From NCBI RefSeq assembly GCF_963921235.1, contig NC_086118.1:25236001-25300000 (forward strand): DNA of 64,000 nucleotides, read 5' to 3'. Source of the stretch: Mobula hypostoma. Taxonomy: Eukaryota. The notes beneath the pieces are model-generated. The model made no database searches and was not told the origin of the DNA. It saw nothing but the letters and a program-made list of their open reading frames with translations. Made by a program: the position numbers and the translations under genes. Each line of letters opens with the position of its first letter. Within the stretch, counting starts at the first letter, position 1. Of the stretch, positions 12,801-26,529 are shown piece after piece.

Positions 12801-15800
12801 TTGGCAGTGAAAACATCAATAATTTCAGATACGCAGATGACACTGTGTTAATTGCAAGTACGGAGGAAGAGCTACAAAACTTAATTGATATAACTGTTGA
12901 AAGAGCAAAAATGGGTCTATCTATCAATTGCAAAAAGACAGAATGTATGGTGATATCCGAAAAGAAGGAGAATCCTATTTGCAGGCTGAGAATAAATGGG
13001 GAAGACATAAAACAAGTACAGAACTTTTGCTACTTAGGAAGCTGGGTGACTTCAGATGGCAGGTGCGACTTGGACATCAAAAGAAGAATAGGGATAGCAA
13101 AAGACACCTTTACGAGAATGAAGGGTATACTGACCAATACTAAACTAGGCATGACAACCCGCCTCAGAGTACTGAAATGCTATGTTTATCCAGTTATGTT
13201 ATATGGCTCAGAATGTTGGACAATATCTAGTAACATGAGGAAACGAATTGTAGCAGCAGAGATGTGGTTTTTGAGGAGGATGCAAAGAAGATCATGGACG
13301 AAACAAATATCTAATGAGGATGTCATGAACAGAGCAAACACAGAAAGAGGAATAATGTATGAGATCATGAAAAGGCAACGTAACTTCATTGGACATGTGA
13401 TTAGGAAAAAGGAGTTAGAATTATGGGAAAGATTGAAGGGAAGAAAGCAAGAGGAAGACAAAGACAAATGATGATGGAGACAGCAGCCAGAGAATTGGAA
13501 ATGAATACCAATGAATTGATCCACTTGACCCGAAAGAGGAGTGTGTGGGCCATGGCTCCTGATGATGATGATGAATAGACTGAAAATACCAGGAGGTAGT
13601 CACCCCTAAATTTCAGGAGGCTGGTACCAAGGTGACTGTAAGGAGAGGGAAAGCCAGTGCAGAATACCCCATGGCTGTTCCCCTCGATAATAAATATACC
13701 ACTTTGGACACTGTTGGGGGGGGTGGGGGAACAACCTTCCAGGGGAAGCTGCAGTGACCAGGTCTCTAGGACCGAGTCTGGCTCTATGGCTTTGAAAGGA
13801 AGCAGGGAGGGAGAAAAGGAGTGCAGTAGTAGAGTCCATAATTAGAAGAGCAGAAAGCAGATTCTGTAGATGTAAAAGAGACACCCAGATGGTATGTTGC
13901 CTCTGAGGTGCGAGGTTCAGGGATGTCTCAGACTGGGTCCATGGCATTCTAAAGAGGGAATGTGAACTGCTGGAATTCATGGTACATATTGGTACCAACC
14001 ACTTGCGTAGGAAAAGGGAGGAGGTCCTGAAGAGAGAACATAGGGAGTTAGGTAGAAAGCTGAAAAGCAGGACCTCCAAGGTAGTAATCTCTGTGCAACA
14101 TACCAGTGAGGGCAAGAATAATTCGGCAGATGACTGTGTGGCTGAAGAATTGGTGCAGGGGGCAGGGTTTCAGATTTCTGGAGCATTGGGATCGCTTATG
14201 GGGAAGTTATGGCCTGTGCAAAAAGAACAGGTTGCACCTGAGCCCAAAGGGGGACCAATATCTTGCGGGCAGGTTTGTTAGAGCCATGGGGGAGGGTTTA
14301 AACTAATTTGGTAGGGGGTTGGGAACCAGAGTGATAGGGCTGAGGATAGGGCAGTTGGTTTACAAATGGTATGTAGTAAGACTGTGAGGAGGAATAGGCA
14401 GAAAGTAGGGCAACATTGAGATGAGTTAAAGTGTAATGGGGGACAAAATCAAAAAGGGTGATGAATACAGGATTGACGGTCCAGTATTTAAATGCACACG
14501 GTATATCGAATAGATGATCTTGTAGCACAGTTAGAGATAGGCAAGTGTGACGTTGTGGGCATCTCTGACTTGTGGGTGAAAGAAGATCATAGTATGGAGC
14601 GTAACATCCAAGGATAAATATTGTATTGAAATGACAGGCAGGTAAGCAGGTGGTGGGGTAACTCTGTTGGTAAAAAATGAAATCAAATCTTAGAAAGAGG
14701 TGACATTGGATCAGAAGATGTTAAATCCTTTTGGGTAGAGTTAAGAAACTGTGGGCTACAAATTACAATGGGAGATAGAAAAAGAATGTAAAAAGGGCAA
14801 TGCTGTGGTAATCATCGGGGATTTTAATATGCAGGTAGATTGGGAAAATCGGTTGGTGTTGGATTCCAAGAAAGGGAATTTGTAGAATGCGAGATGGTTT
14901 TTTATAGCAGCTTGTGGTTTGAGCCCATTAGGGGAACAGCAGTTGTGAATTGGGTATTATGTGATGACCCAGATGTGATTAGGGAGCTTAAGGTAACGGA
15001 ACCCTTGTGAGACAGTGATCATACTTTGATAGAATTCATTCTCCAGTTTGAGAAGGAAGCTAAGATCGGATGTGTCAGTATTACAGTGGTAGACAAGTCA
15101 TCTAGACCGGAGCTGAAGAGTTTGTGGAGACATTAGTAATGACCTCTCAACAATCACTAGATTCTGGAATGCTTCCAGAGAACTGGAAAATTACAAATGT
15201 CACTCCACTCTTCAAAAAGGGAGAGAGGAAGAAGAAAATAAATTATAGGCAGTCTGACTTCTGACTTCAGTCTGACTTCAGGTAATTGAAGTCTGACCAG
15301 TGGTTGGAAAGACATTGGATGAGGTTTTGGGATACTTGGAGGCACACGATAAAATAGACAAAATCAGTGTGGTTTTCTAAAGGAGAAATCTTGCCTCACA
15401 AATCTGTTGGAATCCTTTGAGGAAAAAATAAGCAAGATAGACTAAGGAGAGTCAGTGGATGTTGCTTATTTGTATTTTCAGAAAGCCTTTGATTAGGTGC
15501 CACCTATGAGGCGCTTAACAAGATAAGACCCCTGGTATTACAGAAAAGATATTAGCATGGATAGAAGATTGGCTGACTGGCAGGAGGCAAAGAGTGGGAA
15601 TAAATGGGACCTTTTCTGGTTGGCTGCCGGTGACCAGTGGTGTGCTCCAACCTGGTGTTAGGCCTGTTTCTTTTCGTGTTATGTGAAGCAACAATGGCTT
15701 TGTGGCCAAGTCTGTGGACAATTCAAAGATAAGTAGAGAGGCAGGTACTGTTGAGGAAGCAAGGTGTCTGCAGAAGGACTTAGACAGATTTGAGGAACGG

Positions 15801-16712
15801 GTGAAGAAGTGGCAGATGGGATATAGTGCAGGTAAGTGCATGGGTCATGGACTTTGACAGAATGAATAAAGACATGAACCATTTTCTAAATGGGGAGAAA
15901 AGACATAAATTAGAAGTGCAAAGGGAGTTGGGAGACTTCGTGCAGGATTCCCTAAAAGTTAACTTGCAGGTTATGTTGGTAGTAAGGAAGGCAAGTACAA
16001 TTTTAACATTCATTTCAAGAGAATTAGGATACAAAAGGAATCCCTAAAAGTTGATTTGCAGGTTGAGTCAGTCATAAGGAAGTAAATGCAATGTTAACAT
16101 TAATTTCGAGAGGACTAGGATACAAAAGCAAGGATGTAATGCTGAGGCTTTAGAAGGCATTGGTCACACTGCACTTGGAGCTGTGAGCAGTTTTGGAATC
16201 CTAAGAAAGGATGTGCTGTCAGTACAGAGGGTCCAGAGGAGGTTGACAAGAATGATCCTAGGGATGAAAGCATCAACCTATGACAAGCTTTTGGTGGCTT
16301 TGGGCCTGTACTCACTGGAGTTTATAAGAATGAGGGAGGACCTCATTGAAATTCATTGAATATTGAAAGACCTAGAAGGTGAAGAGGGTGTTTCCTGTAG
16401 TGGGTGAGTCTAGGACCAGAGGGCACAGCCTCAGAATAGAGGGATGTACATTTAGAACAGAGATGAGCAAACAATCTCATTAACCAGATGTGGTAAATCT
16501 GTGGAATTCTTTACCACAAACAGCTGTGTAGGCTAATTCATTGGGTATACTTAGGATGGGAGTTGATAGGTTCTTGATTGATCAGGGTGTCAAAGGTTAC
16601 AGGGAGAAGGTAGGAGAATGGGGTCGAGAGGGATAATAAATCAGCCATGAATAATGACAGGGAGGACTCGATGGGTCAAATAGCCTAATTTTACTCCAAT
16701 ATCTCATGATCT
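9890..16712 (+). mobile_element. Near full-length degenerate CR1 LINE (5' UTR, ORF1 with CxxC and esterase-like part, ORF2 EN+RT), split by an RTE insertion at 10278-13573
   Basis: ORF1 remnants (CSLCEM...YICKKC; VHIGTN; WLKNWCRGQGFRFLEHWD) continue on both sides of the RTE. ORF2 remnants and a 3' tail follow near 16700. Confidence 0.8.
10278..13573 (+). mobile_element. Full-length (about 3.3 kb) RTE-clade LINE with disrupted EN+RT ORF
   Basis: IATWNVRTL, IIQVYAPT, GVRQGSVFSPDLFN and RYADD motifs. (gat)n tail. TSD aatagattga (10268-10277) / aatagactga (13574-13583). Several stops and frameshifts. Confidence 0.92.
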
Positions 16713-18304
16713 TGTGTGCTTATTCACAAAAAAGGGGTCATGCTCACAGAATAAAATAGCTGTTCTTCAGAATATTATAATGTACTGAACTTATTAGTCC
16801 AAAACAAAACCAAATATGTAATCACAATATACACTTGGGGCTGCTGGAACCAAACCCATAGAGTTAGGCTCTGCTTCTACACTACATTCAAAGCAGCTCC
16901 TTTTCAACAGATGCCAACATGGATTGAATTGTAATTGGCTAGCTTCAATTAATGCTTGCCATCCTGAACAATAGAGGGCCTACATCAGTGCTAATTTGAA
17001 TCAGTGTTAGCACTGACTAGTCGCTACAAATGAATCATGACAAATCTCCCATGTGTCCTCTTCAAACTCGGGTTACAGGATATTCGCACATTGCAAATGC
17101 TGTCCCTGTTTTCCAGTTCTTTCCAATTTCAGTTTTTTTTTTGTTGTTGTCCTAACTTTTGTGATTAGAAGTTACTTATTTCCAAAACATTTAAAGTGGA
17201 GTGCTGGAAATAAATCTTTCAAGACTCGGTTTGCGGGAGATCGGTTGGAAGCATTGCCAAATTCAGCCAACTGTGCAACTTCCACTGTGCAAAAGTTGAT
17301 GATTCTACTATAAAAATAACCACACTGAAATACACATGGTTACATGCTAAGAAGTTCAATGATTAACACTGAATACTATGAAGGTCAACCTTTTTGATGA
17401 GCAGTTTTAACTCAAAGGTGAGTGGATTAAAGCAAATTGTGTTTGAGCATTTACTCTCATCACCCTCTAAAACAGTGAGGTACTTATAAAAATAGAAATT
17501 AACTTACTTATTGCAGATTATATTGTAGAGTTTTATATGATGATTTCTAGACCAAGAATAGGCTAAATTAAATGGAAAACATTGAAAGGAATGTGATGAA
17601 GTCTCCCAGTACAAGGGTTTGGCTGGTATCAGAAATGGAAAAATCCACTCTCAAACCAGGACAAGCAACTTCTTCAGCTGAAGCCAAGATGCATTTTTTT
17701 TAAACCAGGGCAGCTCTAATCTATATTGGCCTTATGCCAGTAAGTGTTTAACATTCCTCAATAACAACCGTTCATGAACAGTGGGTGTAAAGGCAATACT
17801 CTGAGTAAACAGGTTATATTTTGCATGAAATTAATGGGTAGCATCACATTTTCACATTGGAACATTGCATAAATATAGGCTGAACTATGCAATTTGTACC
17901 AGGCAAACCATTTTATCTTACCATAGAATAGTCCAACCTAAATATTAGCCCTTCTAATATTAACTCAAAAGAACTGTACAGATCCCAAGGACAGCTAGGT
18001 AGCGTGTTCACAAAGAGGTCCTGTTGTGCTTGACCTGGGCTATACGAGTATACAGGGCAAGATGAGTCAACTCTGTAAAATAAACTGGCAACAGAAATAG
18101 TCCCACCAGGGTATACCAAGCAGACCAGGATGCAGATTGGGCAAAAGGAACAACAATAAACCTGTGTGCAAAGCCAAATCTATGGTTTCCAGCACTGAGG
18201 TTGCCATCCTATTCATTCTTATTTGAGGAAGTCTCTCATGGGAAAATGAGAGACAGATACAAAACTGGTTTTCCTTTAAATTTCTATTCCGACCCTGAGA
18301 GAGG

Positions 18305-18968
18305 TTGCTGAAGAGATAACAGATGCATTGGTCCTGATTTTTCAAGAATCACTCGATTTTCGCATGGTCCCACAGGGCTGGAAGATTGCAAATGTCACTC
18401 CACTCTTTAAGAAGGGAGGAAAGCAAAAGAAAGGATACTATAGGCCAGTTAGCCTGACCTCAGTGGTTGGGAAAGTGTTGCAGTCTATTGTTAAGGATGA
18501 AGTTTTGAGGTACTTGTAGACTAATGATAAAATAAGACAAAGTCAGCATGGTTTCTTTCAAGGGAAATCTTGCCTGACAAATCTGTCAGAAGCAGGCTTG
18601 GCAAAGGAGAGTCAGTGGATGTCATTTACTTGGATTTTCAGAAGGCGTTTGATAAGGTGTCACACTTGAGGCTGCTTAACAAGATAAAATCCTGTGGCGT
18701 TACAGGGTAGCAGAATGGCTGACATGAGGGAGGCAGCCGGAAAGTAGTAAATCTGTGGAATGCTCTGCCACAGACTGCAGTGGAGGCCAAGTCTGTGCAT
18801 ATGTTTAAGGTGGAAGTTGATCGTTTTCTGATCAGTCAGGGCATCAAAGGAAATGGCAGGAAGGCAAGTGCATGAGGTTGAGTGGGATCCAGGATCAGCC
18901 ATGATGGAATGGCAGAGCAAACTCGATGGGCTGAATGGTCTAATTCTGCTCCTATGTCTTATGATCTA
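18305..18968 (+). mobile_element. Internally deleted CR1 LINE fragment
   Basis: WKIANVTPLFKKG...YRPVSLTSVVGK joined to a CR1 3' UTR. Confidence 0.85.
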
Positions 18969-19321
18969 AGAGGGAAGCACAGTTCCAAACTGCAGTGAGC
19001 CAATTTCTTTGCAACCCCTTACAAGATACAATCTACTACATCTAATTATTTCTTATTTTGCAACAGTTGAATACATTGTAATGTAAAATCTCCAAAATTT
19101 CACAATAACCTGCTCAGCTTTGCTTTATCAGTGGATTCCATTCTCTTAATTTGTAACTTTAAAGTGGCCACTTTCACTTAGTTAGCTCTTTCTTCGACTT
19201 TGCTTTTTGACAAAATCATGTCCTCCATTTCATTCCCAACCTACAGACAAGTGGAAACACAAAGGACAGATTGAGTCACCTTCCTCTGTAGGCTCACCGG
19301 CTACAGACAACAGCAAGTGTA

Positions 19322-19872
19322 TTCTTCTTCTTCATGTGCCTTGCACGTTACACGCTTGGGTGATGGTGGCTCTCCAAGTCAAACGATCCCATGCAGCGTC
19401 AATGATATCTCGCACACTTAGATCTGTTAGTTCTTTCACAGTGTCCATATATTTTCTTCTTTGCCTTCCTCATCTGCGTTTCCCAGGCATACGGCCTTGT
19501 AACGTAAGGCATTCTATTCCTCCCTTTCTGATGACATGGCCCAGGAATTTAAGTTTCCTCTCATTTAATGTTCTCATTAAAGATCTTTTTGTATGGGCAC
19601 GTTGGAGTACTGTCTCATTAGCTACCCTATCTCTATATGATATTTTCAAGAAACCACATTCATGTTGCTTCTAAGTTTCTTTGGAGTTCTGGTGTTATAG
19701 TCCATGTTTCTGAAGCGTACAGCAAGATCGACCAGATGCAACATTTTAGTAACCTCAGCCTTGTTGTCATAGAAATGTGTCTGTTGGTAAAAATGGGTTT
19801 CATTTTTTGGAAGTTGGTTTTGGCAATGGCAATTCTTCTTTTTATTTCTACTTTACTTCTAGCATCTTGCAA
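19322..19872 (-). mobile_element. RTE-clade LINE 3' fragment (second family)
   Basis: EIKRRIAIAK...LLYASETWT; (aag)n tail at about 19322. Confidence 0.85.
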
Positions 19873-20029
19873 TAAGCAAGGGTATAAGGGTGCTGATTCT
19901 CATGAGCATGAACACACTGTCCCCTCTCATGGGAAATGCTGTCATCCCAAGAAAGGGAGCGGTATGTTATGCTCAAGGGGATCGGCAGCAAACCACAGGG
20001 ATGGAACTCCAGCAATCCTGGAGTGTGTG

Positions 20030-20375
20030 ACACTGGTATCCAAAGCAAGGTTCTGCTTACTCAGGAGGCTAAAGAAATGTGGCATTTCAATGCACCATGA
20101 AAAGCATTCTCTCTGGATTCATAATGGCTTGGTATGGCAACTGTTCTGCCCAAGACTACAAGAAATTGTGGACACATCTCAGCACATCACAGAAAATAAC
20201 CTCCCTTTGAAGGACTGTCTACATTTCTCACTGCCTCAGTAAAGCATCCAGCACAATCATGGACACCACTCACCCTGAGCATTCTCTCTTCTCCCCTCTT
20301 CCATCAGGCAGAAGCTACAAGAGCCTGAAGGCGTGTACCACCAGGTTCAAGGTCAGCTTCTATCCACTCTAACAA
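20030..20375 (+). mobile_element. Rex1/Babar-like LINE 3' fragment
   Basis: LRRLKK and HPEHSLFSPLPSGRSYKSLKACTTRFKVSFYP C-terminal motifs. Confidence 0.65.
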
Positions 20376-20479
20376 GTTTCCGATTACGACTTATTGATCA
20401 CATGTACATTGAAACATACTGTGACAAGCGCCAGTTATGCTAACAACCAACACATTAAAGTGGGAGGTTAACGGTGTCA

Positions 20480-21260
20480 GTGAACACTCCAGCCAGTTGA
20501 TCAGCACATGACCTTAGTACTGGCCAGGTACCCTGTCTGGGCCAGATGCTCTCCGTGAGTTCTGTTGTGTATTTAATATTTCACTATATTTGAATAACAT
20601 TGTAAATATATTGTTTGATTAAGCATTCTTTGTTGTTTACATAATGCATTGCGGATTATATGTCAAAGTACGTAAAGGGCGTACATCAGTGTGCTGCCAC
20701 ATCTTACACGTGCTCCTCGTTTAAAGTAAAAAAACAAAACTAAGGCTTGCATCTCTCAGCTCTCTTGTTTTCTTTGCAATCCTGGACCCCTTGTAATTAA
20801 CTTTGTCGCCAAACCTGAATGCCACTGACCTGGCCCTCCGCAGGCTGCAGATCTCTAGGTTCATCCAAGGCTTCTGTTTGGGGAAGACTTTGAATTAGTT
20901 TGTGGAGCCGCACTGAGTCACGATTGCTTTTATTAAGTCTGTGAACACAGTGGTGCGTTCACTCAGATCATATGGTGAGCACTTGAAGATGGCCCAATCC
21001 ACTGACTCAAAGCCATCTTGAAGCCACTCCTCTGCCTCCCATGACCACCACTTTGTAGTCGTAATATTTCCAGCCTTGTTCTTTCGCCACTGCCTGTAAG
21101 TGGGCAGGAGGACAACAAGTGATCAGATTTCCCAAAATGGCATCTAGGCATGGAACAGTATATCGAGAATCCCTCAGGTCTTACCAACATATCCGTCACG
21201 TCTAGAGTGAGCCCTGTCTCTGTGAAACACAGAAAGCAGCAATTCCTCATTCATGATTTA
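20480..21260 (-). mobile_element. Rex1/Babar-like LINE endonuclease fragment
   Basis: CFLCFTET...PEGFSIY and HFGKSDH motifs. Contains an AT-rich insert at 20563-20778. Confidence 0.6.
20563..20778 (+). mobile_element. Probable partial solo LTR (Gypsy-like)
   Basis: Begins TGT, is AT-rich and interrupts the LINE fragment. Assignment by recall only. Confidence 0.35.
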
Positions 21261-21533
21261 ATGTTAGCTCTTGGGCCACATTCAGAACTGGTATTAGCCT
21301 CAAATCTAAATATAATGTCAGTTCAGTCCAATGACCTTGGCTCTACAAAACAAATTAAATCAAAACCATTGAGACATGCAGTAGACTTTACAGCACCTCT
21401 TTCAATATACCAAATCATTGCCAGGGACTCTTTCTCATTATTCATTGTCAAAGTGACTTCCAATCTGCTTGCTTAGGCTTTGTGAATTTAAAGTGAACAA
21501 AGATTCCTTCGAGAACAAAGCTGGGGAAATTAT

Positions 21534-21668
21534 CAACACAAGAGGTGCTGCAGATGCTGGAAATCCAGAGTAACACACACAAGATGTTGGAGGAAATCAG
21601 GAGGCCAGGCAGCATCTATGGAAAGGAATCAACAGTTAACATTTCGGGCCAAGGTGCTTCAGCAGGAT
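21534..21668 (-). mobile_element. Penelope pLTR fragment with degenerate hammerhead
   Basis: ctgcagatgctggaaatcc...ggcagcatctatgg...acatttcgggcc...cttcagcagga. Confidence 0.7.
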
Positions 21669-21879
21669 ATAAATCATTATAGGGACCATGGAACTGGCAA
21701 GGAATTTCATTTTGCCTCACTTCTTACAGTTGAAGGTGATACAAACCCTTTGTTAATGCTAAAAATTAAAGTGGAGAAATTAAATATCATTTAAAGAAAC
21801 AGAATTAAGCAGAATAATGGCACTGGAGTCTAGGGCCAAACTGGAGTCTTAATATAAGGAAAAAACCTGCTTAAGAATG

Positions 21880-22605
21880 AGCAACAGTCACAACACGCTG
21901 GAGGAACTCAGCAGGTCGGGCAGCATCCGTGGAAACGATGAGTCGACGTTTCGGGCCAGAACCCTTCGTCAGGACTGAAGAGGGAAAGGGCAGAGGCCCT
22001 ATAAAGAAGGTGGGGGGAGGGTTGGAAGGAGAAGGCTGGTAGGTTCAGTTGAAAAACCAGTAATTTGAAAGACAAAGAGGTGGGGGAGGGGAAGCAGGGA
22101 GGCGATAGGAGGAAAACAATGGGTAGTAGAAGGAGGCGGAACCATGAGGGAGGTGATAGGCAGCTGGGGGAGGGGGCAGAGTGAAATAGGGATAGAGGAA
22201 AGGAGGGGGAGGGAATTACTGGAAGTTGGAGAATTCTATGTTCATACCAAGGGGCTGGAGACTACCTAGACGGTATATGAGGTGTTGCTCCTCCAACCTG
22301 AGTTTAGCCTCATCATGGTAGTATGGACATATCTGAATGGGAATGAGAAGCAGAGTTGAAGTGGGTGGCTCCCGGGAGATCCTGTCTGTTGTGGCGGACG
22401 GAGTGGAGGTGCTCGACGAAGCGGTCCCCCAATCTGCGTCGGGTTTCACCGATGTAGAGGAGGCCGCACCGGGAGCACCGGATGCAATAGATGACCCCAA
22501 CAGACTCACAACTGAAGTGTTGCCTCACCTGGAAGGACTGTTTGGGGCCCTGAATGGTGGCAAGAGAGGAGGTGTAGGGACAGGTGTAGCACTTATGCTT
22601 ACAGG
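21880..22605 (-). mobile_element. Penelope-like element (GIY-YIG domain plus pLTR)
   Basis: VIYCIRCSRCGLLYIGETRRRLGDRFVEH; LEEQHLIYRLGSLQPLGMNIEFSNF. Confidence 0.9.
21941..21976 (-). ncRNA. Minimal type I hammerhead ribozyme, fully intact
   Basis: Minus strand reads agtc CTGACGA agggttctggccc GAAAC GTC gact. Stems I and II and the core are all intact. Confidence 0.85.
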
Positions 22606-22850
22606 GATAAGGCTTACAGGCTTAAGAATAAATCAGAGAAGAAATTCAGGGTGTGTTTAATGCCTTCTTGGAAAATTGTGACGTCTCATTGACTCCTGGG
22701 AGTATTTGTTGTACGACTTCTAGAAATAAGGAAGGAACATCCAGGGAGTTACATTCATACATTAGCAGCATATTAAAGCTCAGAATTTACAGTAGAAGCA
22801 TGCCTTCTACTGAATTACTCACCCACATACCCCATGCGGTCCCATCCATA

Positions 22851-23155
22851 GTGCGCTACAGTAGTGTAGTGGTTAGCATGACAGTATTACAGCTCAGAGC
22901 ATCAGATTTTGGAGTTCAATTCCAGCACCATCTGTAAGGAGCTTGTACGTTCTTCCCGTGACCATGTGGGTTTTCTCAGTGTGCTCCGGTTTCCTCCTCA
23001 GTACAAAGACGCACCAGTTTGTAGATTAGTTAGTCATTGTAAATTGTCATGTGATTATGCTAGGGTTAAACAGGTGGTTTGTTGGGTGGTGCAGCTATTG
23101 GGCCAAAAGGGCCTTATCCACACTGTATCTCTAAGTAAAATTAAATAAAAATAAA
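22851..23155 (+). mobile_element. tRNA-derived V-SINE (HE1-like)
   Basis: Pol III A box (tagtgtagtgg) and B box (gttcaattcc), V-domain gtgggttttctc...tgctccggtttcctcc, A-rich tail. Confidence 0.8.
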
Positions 23156-24117
23156 ATCTGGCCTTTTGGTGGAAAAGTCCATGGTTCATAACTTGACTAT
23201 ATTAGCCGGATCAAATCCACAAAATCAAAGAGGAAATAAGTCATTCTTGATTCCAAAGACCTGTTTAAGAAAAGCAACTTCCCTGGAAAATTGTGCTAAT
23301 TCATTTGCAAGGAACTACAAATAATCTGTGAGCAAAACCTTTCTTTAACATAATATTGCTACAATAAAATTCAATGCTTTTCCTTAAAAATATAGAAGCT
23401 ATTACTTGTTCAGACCTGTGATAGCTCCACATATTATTTGGATTATACTTACTTTACGAGGATGCTACTCTGTCAGAGGCGTCAATTGTCAAAGAAGCAT
23501 TAATCTGAAGATTTCACAAGTGAATGTTAAAATATCTCTTGGTAATTCTTAACTATGAGCAAGACAGATTTCCCACTGTATCACCCTAAATCTATCCCAC
23601 ACCAAATAGCAGTCAAAAGTGCCTAATTGCTTATTTAACTTGATGTGGAATCTTGCCATGTCAGGTAGGTTGTTTCATTTGTCCATGCTACGACTCTTAA
23701 AACACTTTTTTTTTAAAAAAAGGAAAATACAAAGTGATGCTCTTTAGGAGGTTCTGAGGCCCTGAGAAATGTTATCTATGTAAATACAAGACTGGTTGTT
23801 CCTCTTTTTACTTCCTATTTCTTTCAACCCTCCTTTAATCTACTTCCCTTTTTATTTAGCTTTATGTACATGAATTGCCAGGTTGTATATTGTAGAGTTA
23901 GTTCTAGCTTAGATATGCGTCACTCCATGTGTGACTGATGTGCGAAGCTGGTGCTTTCCCCAAGTGGATCTTACTTCCAAAGAACATGCTGAAAAAGCAC
24001 CTCTAAATATTAAGATGCCATTCAAAAGCCCGTGAGAAAAATGTGGCTAGCAGTCAGAGTGATCAACGGTGATCACCATTTCTCCATTTCTGTCTGCCAA
24101 TGTTAACAAAGGCATGA

Positions 24118-25502
24118 ATACAACAGATTTTTCAGATGCTGGAAGTCTCGAGCAGCATACAAAAAATGCTGAAGGAAGCATCGGTGGGGGGAAGTAAACA
24201 AAAAGGAAGGGGTCAGATGCCAAAATGAGAAGACGTGGGGAGGAGGAGGAGTACAAGCAGGTGATAGGTGAGACCAGGTGAGGGGAAAGATGGGTGGGTG
24301 GGAGGGAGATGAGTTTGAAGTAAGACGCTGGGAGGGGATAGGTGGAAGAAGTAATAGGCTGCAGAAGGAAGAATTTAATAGGGGAGGTCAGTAGACCATG
24401 GAAAAAAGAGAAGGAGGAGGGGAATCAAAAGGAGGTGATGGGCAGGTGAGAAGAGAAGGGGTAGAGGGGAACCAGAATGGGGAATGGAAGAAGAGAGAAG
24501 GGGGGGAAAAGAAATTACCAGAAGTTAGAGAAATCGCTGTTCATGCCATCCGGTCGGAAGCTACCCAAACAGAATATGAAGTGATACTCCTCCAGCCAGA
24601 GTATAGCCTCATTGTGCAGTATAGGAGGCCATGGACTGACATGTCAGAATGGGAATGGGAAGTAGGTCTGAAATGGTTGGCCACCAGGAGATCTTGTCTT
24701 TTGCAGCTCACACAGCAAAGGTGCTCGGTACAGTAGTCCCCAGATATGTGTCGGGTCTTAGCAATATAGAGGAGGCCATGCTGAGAGCACAGGGTACACT
24801 AGATGACCCGAACAGACTCTCGAGTGAAGTGTCACCTCACCTGAATGCTGGTGTGGGAGGAGATGCAGGAACAAGTGCAGCACTTGTTATGCATGCAGGA
24901 ATAAGTGCCATGAGGGAGATCATTGTGAAGGGATGAGCGAATAAGAGAATTCTGTGGAGAAAAGTGGAATGTACGGAAAGCTGGGGGGGGGGTGGTAAAG
25001 AAAAATGTGCTGGTGACTGGATCTCATTGAAGATAGTAGACATTACAGAGAAAGTTATGCTAGATATAGAGGCTCATGGGGCAGTAGGTAAGCACAAGGG
25101 GAACCTTATCCCTCTGGTCATAGCAGAAGGATGGGGTGTGGAAAACTGTGCAGAAAATCGAGGAGAAGCATCATCAATGGTGGTGGAAGAGAAAACCTAT
25201 TCTTTGAAAAAAAGAGGACATCTCAGATTAGACCACTCCAATTAGATTCCTCCTTCTTCTTTAGTCTTTACCTCTTCCATTCATTCCCTCTTGGCTTCCT
25301 ACTTCATCCCCTTTTCCACGCATCCTTCTCCTCACCAAGTCTCATCCATTACCTACCAGCTTCCCCTTCCCCCACCTTCTTATTCTGGCTTCTCCCTTCT
25401 TCCTTTCTAGTCCTGATGAAGGGTCTTGGGTTGAAACGTCGCCTGTTTATTCCCTTTCATAGATGCGGCCTGACTTGCCAAGTTCCTCCAGCATTTTGTG
25501 CA
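24118..25502. mobile_element. Penelope-like element (minus, about 24118-25230) with an inverted pLTR copy (plus, about 25230-25502)
   Basis: Degenerate GIY-YIG region on the minus strand. Plus-strand pLTR carries a hammerhead remnant at 25409-25444. Confidence 0.75.
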
Positions 25503-25949
25503 CAATGGTAACCAAGAAATGATTTTTCAGTACAGGAAGTCTTACAGAATGACATTACTTTTCTTATATTAACAAATGACTCAATGGGAGAAAAATGTGA
25601 TCCAGCAGGTTCACAAAATGTCATGAGAGAAACGATAAGGTGCAAGCAGCTCACAAGACAAAGGGGAAAATTTTGAACTAGGTGGAGGCGAACAATATGA
25701 AATGAGAACCTTGAAGGTCAAAGCCCATGAAGCAAAATAAATACTCTTCTAAAATAGCCAACAGACCTAATTCTAGTTATGCGATGGAGTGTCTTTCTAT
25801 TCATAGAACTTGTTTTGGGAAAATAAACGTTTCTCAATACTTGGGAACCAATTGAAGTAGAAGGAATGTTGGTCTTAAACATCCTTCTTATGATTGCAAG
25901 ATCCTGGTGGACATCGGTAATGCAAAGAACTGTAAGTCCAGTCCATTGG

Positions 25950-26450
25950 ATCATTGGCGAGACTGACGGCGGGGGAGCTGTGTGGCCTCGAACGTTGCAC
26001 AGACCAGGCTCTCATGTCGCAGTGCTGCCTGGTACAGCCTGGGGAGGAGGCGCCGGAGGTGGTGCGGAAGAGATCAGTAACGTGGCAGGTGGGCTGGAAT
26101 CCTTGCTGCGTTCCAGCAGGTCAGCTCTCCTGTCGAGTCTGCTCTCTAGTGTTTGCTCGCTGGAAGACAAGCTTTACTGTCTCTTTCTGTGGATGTGGGA
26201 CATGAGGAACTGCTGCGTGCTTGTCTTGCAGGAACATGGTTCCAAGACAACATCTCATGCACCATTAATCTTCAGGCCAGGCCACTCTGGGATTTGTGCT
26301 AAATTTTTTTTGTGACTGTGTGTGCTATTCTAACATATGTACTGTCTGCTGTATTTGACTGTATGTACTATGTTTGGCACCTTAGCTACTGAGGAACACT
26401 GTTTCATTTAGCTGTATACATGTGTACGGTTGATCTCGAATTTGAACTTG
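25950..26450 (+). mobile_element. Rex1/Babar-like deleted element (5' EN start plus 3' tail)
   Basis: VCSLEDK...MRNCCVLVLQE, similar to the EN start at 21250; tgaacttga tail. Confidence 0.5.
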
Positions 26451-26529
26451 ATTGGAAGTTCTCAGGTTATAATAACCACAAGTAATACATTATGCATCTG
26501 TCAGACCCTAATTATCTTACTGGCAATGG

